This document shows, piece by piece, positions 27,401 through 39,164 of a stretch of DNA of 64,000 bases. Position numbers and translations under genes: made by a program. Origin of the DNA: Guillardia theta CCMP2712 (Eukaryota; Protista; Cryptophyta). The notes under the pieces were generated by a model, which had not been told where the DNA came from, did not search any database, and saw nothing but the letters and a program-made list of their open reading frames with translations. The first letter of the stretch is position 1. Each line of letters begins with the position of its first letter. The stretch spans positions 112,127-176,126 of the forward strand of contig NW_005434552.1 in the NCBI RefSeq assembly GCF_000315625.1, given 5' to 3'.

Positions 27401-29027
27401 AGGAGGAGGAGGAGGAGGAGGAGGAGGAGGAGGAGGAGGAGGACTCACCTGCAGGAAGCTTGAGTTCAAGGCCTTGGCGGCGACGGGGCTGAAGGGCATG
27501 CGAGCAAGGTGTTGCTCCTTGAGGTCAGCCGAGATCTCAACGGGCGTCAGCGCCTCCTGGTGGTCGCTCCCCAAGAACAGCTGCCCGTACTCGTTGGACC
27601 CGCACACAAACAGGACGCCGCTCGAGTCACGGAAGAGCGTGTGCTCGTAGCCGCAGGAGACTTCTGATATCTCCTGCTCCTCCAGCCTTTCTACCCTCCT
27701 TGGACGATGTTCGTCCCTCCTGCTCCCGTGTCCGAGCTGGCCCTTGCTCCCCATGCCGCAGCTGTAAACCTTGAGGTCGCTGCAGAGGAAGACGGAGTGG
27801 TTCCCCCCGCACGCCACTAGCTTCACGTTGCTGAGCGAGCTGACCTTCTGCGGGGTCCAGCTGATGTCCTCCTTCTCGTTCGAGTGCATCCACTCGATTG
27901 CCGCGTCCACCCCGACGTTGTTGCTAGCCATGAGCGCGCCCTCCGCCTTCTCCTGCGCATACCCCATCTCCAACAGAGTCGACAGCATCGCCTGGTTGAT
28001 CTCCGCCATGGATATCTCCCCTCTTCCTCCCTCCGCTCTCAGCCCGAGCTGCCCGTGCTTGTTCAGCCCCCACATGTGCGCTTCTCCTGTGCTCACTACA
28101 GCAGCACTATGATTCTCCCCAGCTGCGATCTGCACGACAGGAAGCGACCATAGCGCGCCGATCACTCGGGGAGTGCAGCAGTCCTCCCCGTCCCCGTGCC
28201 CGAGGGCCCCGTAGGCCGCCAGCCCGCACGAGAGGACTTGGGATGTGCTGGTAAGGATGAGGGTATGCGACTCTCCGCACGCTACCTGCATCACGTAATG
28301 CTCTCTGAGCGATCGGATCAGCCGCGGGACCTGGGAGGAGCGGAAGGTATCGTGCCCGCACTGTCCTCTGTCAGAGTTCCCCCAGGTCACCAGCTCGCCG
28401 TCCTTGGTGATGAGCGCAGAGTGCTGTCCTCCGCATGCCACGTCCACCGCCGCCATGGACCTGATGGACAGGTCGTTGTCGAGGTTGACGCGGATGGGGA
28501 GGAGGACGTAGCTTTCCACCTCCTTCCTCACGTTGCACTGGCCGCAGTCGTTGAGCCCGAAGCAGAAGGCCTGCAAGGTTGACGTCCGTCAGCAGCAGCA
28601 GCGAGCACAGATCCTCTCTTCCCCCTACCTCTCCATCTGCTGTCGAGCACAGGACGTGATTCCCTACGGCCATCCTCGTTATCCTCTTCGCTCCCGCCCC
28701 TCCCAGCGAGACAGGTACGGGCACCATGCTGTCCTTGTTTGTCCCCGTGCCTAGTTGACCGAAAGATCCGTTGCCGACGAGCCAAGCGCTGATGGCCTGA
28801 TTCAAGGAGGAGGGCTTCGTGATCTGGAGCGCCCTGAACCTTTTGAGCCGGTCCCTCGAAATCTCTTCTACCTCCATCGTGTCTGCTTCACTCCCTCCTC
28901 CTCCTCCTCCTCCTCCTCCTCCTCCTCCTCCTCCTCCTCCTCCTCCTCCTCCCTCTGCCGACGTACAAGCTGTGTCGTTGACCTCGCTTGTGAACTCTGG
29001 GATTATTCTCTCCTCTTCTTCCTCCAT
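23878..29027 (-). CDS. HERC-type E3 ubiquitin ligase: RCC1 repeats with embedded UBA domain + HECT domain (C-terminus lost in gap)
   Basis: RCC1 repeats (VACGGQHS...WGNSDRGQCG, IAAGENHS...WGLNKHGQLG) and UBA (LSTLLEMGYAQEKAEGALMASNNVGVDAAIEW). HECT motifs LKVVFIGEEGVDEGGLKKEFF and LLLKFVTGSDKSPIGG. Confidence 0.9.
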
Positions 29028-30094
29028 CTCTTCTTCTCAGTACATCTGAGCCTGCTCAAAGACTTAGGAGGATCAGCAAGCGCATGCCCAGAAAGAACCT
29101 CCCCTTGAAAGACCTCACCCCTGCTGCAGAACATCGCCCCTCTTCCTCTCTCCTCTCTTTCTTCTCTTGTATGCTCTAAACTTGAAGCAAACCCAGCTGG
29201 CTCATACATTCCTGCGATCGGACTTTCGGCCAACTCTCTCCTTATGCCTCGTCTCGTCTCGTCTCGTCTCGTCTCGTCTCGTCTCGTCTCGTCTCGTCTC
29301 GTCTCGTCTCGTCTCGTCTCGTCTCGTCTCGTCTCGTCTCGTCTCGTCTCGTCTGCTCGGATCTGACCAGACAAGACCAGACCAGACAAGATCTGACCTG
29401 ACCTGATCTGATCTGATCTGATCTGATCTGATCTGATCTGATCTGATCTCGTCTCATCTACTTCTCTTCTACTTGCTTTCCTCTTCTCTTCTCTTTCCTT
29501 CGCTTCATTCTTTCTTCGTTTCAGGCCATTTCACGTAGAATCCACAGGTTCAGTTCCGAACCTTCTGGATTTTGCGACCAATTTTCGAAGGTAGTACTTT
29601 CATCTGACTATTTCAAACATTTTGTTCAAAAATATCATTCTGAAGATTCTCATTGTGAAACAAAACAATTAGTTTTAGTAATATTTTGAAATTATGAAAA
29701 ATGAGATATTCGCTTATAGCAGGGGCACTTCCTAGGAAACTGTGGGGGCGGTAGAGGGTGGGGTCCCTATGTCTTAAAGAGTAGGGACTGAGTGGGGAGG
29801 AGGTCCACATTTACGAGCGGGGAAGAGGGCACATCGAGAAGGCGCAAGATGGCGTGGCGGTGGGGCGAGAAGAGGGCGGTACATGCTGCGATGCAGGCTG
29901 GAATCCTCCTCCTCCCTCCTGCTCCTGCTCCTCCCTCCTGCTCTAGATCGTATCATGCTTCCTCCCTCACTCCCCCTCTTCTCCGATGCCCGGTCCTGTC
30001 AAGTCGTCCACCGTGCCAACACAGGATCCGGCAGCATCCCCCGTCGACGCGAGGATCGGGGTCATGGTGGGGAGCAAGTGAAGGGTCTCGAGGC

Positions 30095-30831
30095 ATGTCC
30101 AGTCAAGACGCGGCTGACAATCACCCGATGAAGTACAAGCCCAGAGACGAGGCATGCTTCCCCTCTCTCTTGGGTTGAGCTGACCAGACTCTTTCATTGG
30201 GCAGGAATTCATGCCTCTAACGGAGGAGCAGAAAACCTTCGAGCTCTGGAATCGTCTTCACATGCCGTACTCGAGATACTTTCTCCCTGCTCTCAAGCCC
30301 ATCTACTCTGCCGTCGCTTCCAAGGCCGCCTCTCTCATGCAGGTCTTGCCCTGCCCTCTGCCCCCACCGGTTGACCAGCTGGCAGGATACGGAGTTACCT
30401 AAGATCTTAGACATCGGATCGAGTGTAGGAGAACCTTCTCTGGTGAGGATGTTCAAAGAGATTTCCTGTCCTCTCCTCCAACGCCGCTGCCTCTCCTCCT
30501 CTCCTCTCCTCTCCTCTCCTCTCCTCTCCTCTTCTTCCCTCTCCTCTCATCCACTCCTTCCTTCTCCCTCCCCTCCTCTCCTCTTCCCATGTTTCTTCCG
30601 TCTTTAACCTGCCTGTTTGTTTCTCTCACGCTCTTCTTGCAGTCCATCGCAAAGATGCTGCAAGACAGCACCGTCCTGTCGACAGATATCTCAGCGAGAA
30701 GCGGTCTGCTCTCGAAAAAGGGCGGGGGGGCGGCGGGGGGTAGGACTGTTGGTGGATGATGATGATGATGATCATGAGCATGAGTATGTGGATGAGGATG
30801 AGGATGATGGTGATGCTGATGCTGATGCTGA

Positions 30832-30872
<41 letters not shown>

Positions 30873-33013
30873 ATGATGATGAGGAGGAGGATGGGGAGGA
30901 AGAGGAGGACGAGGACGAGGAAGAGGAGGAGAGGAGGAGGAGGAGGAGGAGGAGGAGGAGGAGGAATGGAGGAGATCATTTAATGATTGAGAAGGAGAGC
31001 GGGTTGGGGTTAGATATATCGTGGGTCATGATGACTGTAATGACGTTGTGACTTTGTATCAGTCGTCATGGGAAGAGCACGAGCAGAGCAGAATAACGTA
31101 AAGAATATAGAATTCTTCGGCTGCAATGCTGGTGAAACTACTTGACTTTTCTCTTGCTTTACAAGTCTTCTTTTTCATGATTCCATCTCTCAATCTTGCT
31201 GCTGCTCCCGATCTTTCATCTCCTCCAGTTTTTCTTCATCTGCTGCTCCTGTCTCCCCATCTCTTTGTTTGCATTGATACGTTCTCCAGACAACCTCATG
31301 TTCGATGCCGAAAGTTTCGACCTGGTCCGTCTCCCCCCTTGTGCTTCGAACGGTTGACGACTGCAGGTTTCTTCTTCCTTCCTCCTCCCTTACGTCGACG
31401 TCTCTAAAGTAGCGGATGAAACCTTTGTGAGTATTCCTCTCCTCTCCTCCACCTTCTCCTCCACCCCCTCCTGCTCCCTCCCTCCCTCCCTCCCTCCACT
31501 TTCGCCTGCCTCTTCCCCCCTCGCTCCCTCTCCCGCTCCCTCTGTCTCCCTCCCTTATTCCCTCTCCCTCTCTTGCCTTATCACTCCTCCTCTTGATCGT
31601 CCTGCAGCGTGTGCTCAAGTTGGGCGGCAAGCTCCTCCTGGTTGACTTTGCCAGCGAGGTTCTCCTCTTCCTCCTTTCGCTCAAGTCTGAGGTGCATGCA
31701 GGAAGCTGATGTCCTCCGACCCCTCCTAGCTGTGAGTAAAGGAGGGAGATGCTAACAAGAGGCACCGTCGTCGTCATAGTCGTCGTCATCACCATCACCA
31801 TCATCACCACCACCACCAACCCCAACCATCACTACCACCACCACCATCGCCGCCACCGCCGCTGCCACCACCACCACCATCAGCATCATCATCATCAGCA
31901 GCAGCTACAGTGGCACTGAACTTTGCATCTTTGACCATGAAGGTGTTGGATGCGTTTGTGCCCGATCGGAAGCAGCTTCCCCCGCAGCAAGGTTGGTCTT
32001 CCTCCAGGATCCTTCGCTTGTCACTCCCCTTGACTCCTCCTCCTCCCCCTCCTCAGGTTGCTATCCCGATCGCTGGGCAACCCAGGTGGAGCAGCTGAAA
32101 GCGGAGCTGGAGAGGGCGGGGTTCCAGGACATCACCTACGAGAAGGTGACAAGGAGGAGGGGAGAGGAGAGGAGGGGAAAGGAGAGGAGGGGAGAGGAGG
32201 AGAGGAGAGGAGGGAAGGGGAGAGGAGAGGAGAGGAGGGGAGAGGAGAGAGGAGAGGAGAGGAGAGGAGAGAGACGAGACGAGACGAGACGAGACGAGAG
32301 GAGACGAGACGAGACGAGACGAGACGAGAGGAGAGGAGAGGAGAGGAGGGGAGAGGAGAGGAGGGGAGGGGAGGGGAGGGGAGGGGAGGGGAGGGGAGGG
32401 GAGGGGAGGAGAGGAGAGGAGACGGGGGGAAGCACGAAAGGGACAGTGTTGTGAAACCAGGTCGACATTGAGTTGGACATCGTTGTGAGCGTCGAGGAAG
32501 CGTGGGAGATGTACAGGTAAGAGAATGATAGCTCAGGAGGAGGAGGAGGAGGACGAGGAGGAAAAGGTAGAGAGGAAAAGAGAGCGAAGGGAACCGGGAG
32601 CAGAAGAAAGGCGGTGTGGAGGTGGAGAAGAAATTTTTGTCCTTTGTTCACCCCGATGGCAGGGAGTACATCGAACAACTATTAGAACATCAGGTTTGCA
32701 TATCGATCCTTGAACTTTTCTCTTCCTGACCTCTTCGCTCCCTCCCACAGAAAGCAGATGTCTCCACTGCCGCCAGGTTTGTCTTTGGGCCGTTTGCTGC
32801 CAGTGGACTGACGAGTGAGATGGTAGAGAAGTCTTCATTAAGCACCTCGAAGATCGCAAACTCATCAGGGATGGTCAGGTTTACCTATGGCAGGTGAGCT
32901 GCTCGAAAGTTTCCTGCGAAAGTGTTCTCATGGTGTTGTTACAGGAGAGCAGAATCTTGCTGATCGAGGCGAGCAAGCCGATGAAATCATGGTTTCAACA
33001 GCTGTTTGAGTGA
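30095..33013 (+). CDS. Class I SAM-dependent methyltransferase (many microsatellite-filled introns)
   Basis: KILDIGSSVGEPSL|SIAKMLQDSTVLSTDIS motif I, RVLKLGGKLLLVDF, and LKAELERAGFQDITYEK. Confidence 0.7.
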
Positions 33014-33198
33014 TATGAGTACATCTTGACGCGGGCTTGATTGTTTTCCTCTCTCCCTTCCTCCCAACAATCCACATCGCCCCTTGATTTCACAACACAT
33101 GCTTTAACGTCGTTGTACGTGACATTTTCTCAGTTTATCTCACAAGTTTAACAGAGGAACTATTTAACAACGGCGCATCCTGCGCATATTCTCTCATA

Positions 33199-33903
33199 TC
33201 AGCTCTTCTCCACCCTCAACCACCTTGCATTCATCAGCATCTCAACATCATCGATTCTTGCCCCAGCAAACACCACATGATGCATCAGACGCTTCTGCTT
33301 CTTCCTCTCGCCCACTAGAGGGCTCGCGAGCGGCTCCTGGCATCCCGCCCGCTCGTCACACTCACTGTCAAGCAGCTTACCAATCAGCTCCACAGAGTCC
33401 ACGTGGGGGAGAGAGCACGCGCGGAGAGGACAGGCATCCGCCATGTCCTCCTCCTCCTCGCGCTCGTAGCTGTGTTCGTGCTCGTGCATCGCAAACCTGT
33501 CAGGAATCTTCACCGACGTCCTCTCCTTCTGCGGAGGAGGAACGTGCCCAACGTGATGCAGCTCACTCTCCTCCAGCATCGCCGGGATGAGCTCCATACT
33601 GTCGACATGCTTTAACCCCTTGTCACTCTCATTGGGAACTTGAAACAAAGAGTTGATCGCTTCTTCTTTGGACCACTTCCTGCAGGCCTGCGGCACGTTC
33701 TGCTGCTCGAGCCATCCTCGCCCACCTTTCACTCCATGCTCTGTCGCCTTCACTCGCTCGTCCTCATCCATCTCCGCTGCCTCAACGAGCGAAAGCAACG
33801 AGGGAGCTGAACTTGAATGCCGAAGACGGGGCAAAACAAAGTCGTTCTTAACCATTTCAGCGATCTTGGAGCTACAGGGAATGAGCATTCCTCTCAAAGA
33901 CAT
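33199..33903 (-). CDS. Hypothetical protein (234 aa, single exon)
   Basis: ATG-initiated non-repetitive ORF with an internal repeated motif (KHVDSMELI / PHVDSVELI). Confidence 0.55.
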   Translation of the reverse strand: MSLRGMLIPCSSKIAEMVKNDFVLPRLRHSSSAPSLLSLVEAAEMDEDERVKATEHGVKGGRGWLEQQNVPQACRKWSKEEAINSLFQVPNESDKGLKHVDSMELIPAMLEESELHHVGHVPPPQKERTSVKIPDRFAMHEHEHSYEREEEEDMADACPLRACSLPHVDSVELIGKLLDSECDERAGCQEPLASPLVGERKKQKRLMHHVVFAGARIDDVEMLMNARWLRVEKS

Positions 33904-34834
33904 TACTTTTCCTCACAGGTGACAATCGTCTTACTTCAATCTACCTGTCAAACAATCACAAAATATCAGAATGGTACAACGTTGGAGAGTGGGATTGTTT
34001 GGAGGGAGTCTCTAGAAATAGGCAAACTTGGGGACTCATTCGTCTTAGAATTAGAGGTGAAAACTGATAGAGATTGAAAATAATGCGAGAACACTCTGAA
34101 GCATCGTTCCGACTGCGAACCTTCACTCCTCTTCCCTCCGCTCACACCTATGCAAACGACCTCATACTGTACCTTTGATAAATTCGTTGTTTCTGCCCTT
34201 GCCCGAGTCATGCAGCTCAGCGATTCGTATGATGTCCTGACATCTCACATTCCTATCGACTCTCTGCTCATGCCGTCCTCCTACCCTGCCCCCCACCTCC
34301 TCGCACCATGCTCTCAACCCAACTGGCTAACTGGCTACCGTGACAGCCATTTTCTTTTGCTTTTGGTTTTAAAACACTTTTAATCGACACATTTAAAAGG
34401 GGAGGCTTCAGCAGCTGTAGATGCAAGATCGCGATGCTTCGCTTGGTCGGCCCCATATAAATCACTTATAATATAACAACATTATATTAGGTTCTAGAAG
34501 TGATTCCGAACTGGTAGCCGATCAGGGATAAATGTTTATAACATTGATATGATTTGAACGTGTGTACAATTACTTATACGTGAACCCCAGAAGGGTTTAC
34601 ATCGCGCACATATAAGGCCCAAACATTCTATTTCTACGTCGTTTAGTTTACAAAAACGTTATTAATTTATAAACAAGTTATATAATTGCGTCTAAAGCCG
34701 GTCGCATCAAAGAAACATTGACTACGGAAGCCGAGATTTTGACTGTATGACCCATATGTTGACTATAATGGTTAACGCCTGTAGTTTACACTGTGCTTTC
34801 TTGACTTTGAGCATGCAGCCTTATTGACTATAGG

Positions 34835-35525
34835 ACTCCGGGCCGGTGACGGGCCCGCCGGCGGTCACCGGGAGTCCGGTCACCGAGTCGCGCGGCGGCT
34901 CCCGGAGTCCCACCCGGCGGGCCGCGCCGTCGGACGGTCTCGCCAGATTGGCTTCTTCCGAGTCTTTACTCAAAGTTAAGTTAAAAATCACTCAGCCGTA
35001 GTCGGCGAGGACAATCAGGAGAGTCGAGGAGGGCAGGCTTGACCCTGACACTGTCCGGCGCACAGGCCCCGGCCAAACGGCGAGAAGAGAAAAGACAGCG
35101 AGAAAAAAATTCATGATTGGCTCGGCGTGCTGCCATGATCATCAGAGCATACGCTATGCCATGATGATAAAAGGCTGGCCGCACTGGCAACCGTGACACC
35201 GTGCCACTGCCGGTGCTTCAAGGCTTTGAGTAAAGGTGGCCCGCCGGTGTGATTCAGTGATGTGATGGATGACTCGGCGGAGTCGGTGTCACGGCCGGAG
35301 CCTCGGCGAGTCACACCAGCGGCCGGCCCGGGCCGCGCCGCGGCCGTGCCCGCCGCGGTCACGGCGGGCGGCGGCCGCGGCAACCCGATCGTACGGTGCG
35401 CGGCCTCAGTACACTCGGACTCCCGGGAACTTTGGAACGGTCCGGCCGGGCCAGTGCCGCCGACCCTCTGGCCGGCCGGCCGGCCGGCCCGGGGTGAATT
35501 TTTTTCGCCGGGTGCTCTGCCAGCC
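34835..35525. other. Very GC-rich block dense in short palindromes (ccggccgg, gggccc, ggtcaccgg)
   Basis: Sharp compositional shift from the AT-rich 34440-34830 segment. Contains ggggtgaattttttt at 35491. Confidence 0.7.
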
Positions 35526-37278
35526 GCATTTTTTCAAAGTTTTAGGGAACGTACAGGGGTATTGAAAAAGGGGGTGGGGGTCGCTTTTACACCCGTACCA
35601 TTTCCATCACTCTGAGCCATAAAATATGGGTGGGTCCTAGGCCCCTTGCACCATGACCCAGTGAAGTTACCGCTTTCCTTCCCAAGATGTACGTTAGATG
35701 AACTGAAGGGGTGGGGGTATATCAGACACCGGTACATTTGAGCCACAATACCATATAAAAGTGTGGGTATCACACTCCATCCCGTACTACGGGTACTACT
35801 GATTTACTCGATTGCGGGGGCGAATATTTCTTGAGCAGCTTTGGCTCCTTAGAAGTTGCCTGCGTCCTCCCTCCACGCACAGGCAGACGCACATGGTTCT
35901 TATCTCTGCTGGTTAGCTTACGATGTTAGCTACTCTCTCAAGGACATCTAGTTTCTCAGCCAATGACACGAGATAGAATATATTCCCTTCATTGCCATGT
36001 GCCTTGCGATGAAATGAGAGATGCTGGCAGACTCGTCTCCCGCTATCAAGCATGTCAGCAAGGCAGGGCGTGTTTGTAGTTGATGCCGTACAAATTGCTC
36101 ACTGTTATCTATCTGGTTTGGAGAGTAGAACAGCAACTTGTGATAGTGCAACAAGTCGATGATGTTGTGAACATTCAATTCACACATGTACAAATGAATG
36201 AGAACACCTGATATGTTGAAAACAAATTAAGTATCCATTGTCACAACTTGTAAGTTCAAACTCAGGGTGATAAAGACGTTTGGAGCTGCTCTCGGAATGT
36301 TGCATACTAGGGTTGTGAGAAGTCACGCACTGTAACAACTTCGTGTCACTGTCACAAAGATGTTGATGATATTAGACGAGCCTCAGAATCGAAGTGAGGA
36401 AAAGTATCTATTGAACAGCTGAATCATTGTGCATGTACGGTGTGGGTAGTTGAAGTAGATGTATTCTGGATGTAATGAAGAAGCTGTGAAGCTATCTCCC
36501 TTTCATCTCTGCATTTCCTCAAGGATGCCGTGTGGTGCATTTACATGTATTTGTCTGATTGCATAATGAGAATCGGAGGGTGCGAGGCGGTCCCGGTATC
36601 TTCGTGCTGCATCCTCTGTCTCATGGCAGGCCTGGAAGTCACATGCAGATCACAGCAGCAGCGGGTCAGCGATCGCATCATGCACAGCGACGTCAGGCGA
36701 TCTCGCTCAACGCGATCAGAGCGTGATGGAAGGCTGCATGGGCTGATGGAGGAGGGAGAGGGAGGAGAGAGAAGGGAGAGGACGAGGTGAGCAAGAAGGG
36801 ATTTTGCATGTGATCAGATTGTGAGAGAAGGTCACGTAGGCTGATAGAAGAAGAGGCGATAATGTGATTTACTCTCACAAAAGAAACATCTTATACAAGA
36901 TCACGTGTTGTGCGCTTCTCTGAATCCTCCCCTTTCAGCCTGCTCTTCTGTCTCTCGGGCTTCTTGCTCCCCGCGTCCCTCATCAGAGTAGACATGTGGC
37001 CTCGTGCTCGTATTGCTTGCCATGCACATCCTGCGAGAGGGAAGAGAGCGGAGCGATCGAGAAGAGCTTGTTGCCGCATCAAGATGAAAGCATGAAGCAG
37101 AGACAGACTAGAGGTGTAGGAAGGAGGCAAGCATGCGTGGTCACGAGAGGACTGAGGCAGAGATGACCGAAGGTGACGAGGGTCAGTCTTAAGATGTGTG
37201 TGAGAGAGGAGAGAGTACATTCATGCCCCAGCTCTGCCTGCCTGCCTGTCTGTCTGTCTGTCTGTCTGTCTGTCTGCC

Positions 37279-37352
<74 letters not shown>

Positions 37353-37390
37353 GCTGGCTGGACTGTCTGTCTGTCTGTCTGTCTGTCTGT

Positions 37391-37435
<45 letters not shown>

Positions 37436-38567
37436 TGCCTAACTGTCTGTCTGTCTGTCTGTCACTCTCACGTGCGTCCTGTGCGCTGCTCTGAGCCACG
37501 GACGAGCGCTTTCCTCGGAGGAAGACTGTGGGCGGGAGCGATGGGAGGAAGCAGGAGAGTAGAACGACGTCAGAGCCGACGGCAAGGGGAGGAAGGGATC
37601 TGCAGGTAGATCAGAGACCAAGCCTTCAGTGATCAAGAAACACGCAGGGGGAGGGGCAGAGTGATGGAGGAGGCAGGGCAGGGCATGCGAGCTCGCCGGA
37701 CGGGTGGTGTAGAGAGACGGGAGGGGTGTTTCGATGAGCCTGGGAGCCNNNNNNNNNNNNNNNNNNNNNNNNNNNNNNNNNNNNNNNNNNNNNNNNNNNN
37801 NNNNNNNNNNNNNNNNNNNNNNNNNNNNNNNNNNNNNNNNNNNNNNNNNNNNNNNNNNNNNNNNNNNNNNNNNNNNNNNNNNNNNNNNNNNNNNNNNNNN
37901 NNNNNNNNNNNNNNNNNNNNNNNNNNNNNNNNNNNNNNNNNNNNNNNNNNNNNNNNNNNNNNNNNNNNNNNNNNNNNNNNNNNNNNNNNNNNNNNNNNNN
38001 NNNNNNNNNNNNNNNNNNNNNCCTGTCGCCTTCCTGCCATGGCGACGGAGGTTGGTCGCAGGGAGGAGGCGGCGGGAGGCGAAGGTCGGCGGGCAGGGGC
38101 AGAGCACGGGGGAGGGGGGGAGGGGGGAGAGGAGGGAGGGGAGGGGAGGGGAGCGGGGAGGAGGCGTAGGGGACGGGATTGGGAGAGAGGGAGAGAAGCG
38201 TAGGGCATGCAAGACATATAGTTGTGGTGTAGGTGACAAGATGAGTACCAGATGTGAAGGGGAAGGAAGAGAGCAGGACAGGAGAACATGCAGGATCCAG
38301 GGAGGGAGGCATCACGACGACACAGGGGAACGAAACCTTGTTGGCAGAGATGCGGGAATAGTTGACGAGGCGGGAGGAAGCCGAGGGCGAGAGGGGATGC
38401 TGGGGTAGAGAGGAGGGAGTCATGGTTGACGAGGCGTGAGTGAGGGCATGAGATGGGTCGGAGAGCTCAGCAGGCGAGGCGACAAGGCTTGAAAGTTTAC
38501 AGCATGCACGCTGATGGGAGAGAAACGAAAGTAGGGCAGACACGCAGGAAAAAGAGCTCAGTGCATG

Positions 38568-39059
38568 TGTTACACCCCGAAGCTTTACGGGTTGCACACT
38601 AGCCAAGCGAATGCTCAATGAACCTCCGCTGGATCACACAGAAGGTGCTAGATAGTATTATCAAGCTTTATTGCAGCAACCACACCAACACAGGGAAATG
38701 CGTGGTACACAGAGGGAGGGAAGACAGACCCCCTAGAGATGAAGATCTTGATCCTTTTATAGCCCTGTGGGAGTCCCAGGGGTAGTGGTCCTCGCTTGCA
38801 CGAGTCTTCCTGCCTCGTGCCGTCGCTATGGCCCCTTTGGTCCATGCGCTGCTCCTGTTCTTGTTTCTACCAGAAAGGAGAGCTCCACCGGTGCTTGATA
38901 GGGAAACCGTCCCGGAGGGGTCCGACTTCTGAACCAAAGTAGCCGTTAGAGAATCACTGTCTTTCGTCTGGATAGTTGTAGAGGCTATCCTTGTGTGCTG
39001 TCCACATTTCGAGTGTTGACCACTCCTGTGTTGGGCTCGCTAGCCTATGAGCTCTGATA
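38568..39059 (-). repeat. 3' LTR
   Basis: No difference seen from 44450-44941. On the coding strand it contains TATAAAA (~38756-38762) and AATAAA (~38667-38672). Confidence 0.95.
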
Positions 39060-39164
39060 CGCTCTTTCTGCGCTTTCTTGGAGTGCTCAGGACTCAGAAA
39101 ACTTCGCTTTCTTTGCTCTGATACGCTCCCGCAAACTCGCACCTAGACCAAAGTCAAAGAGCGG

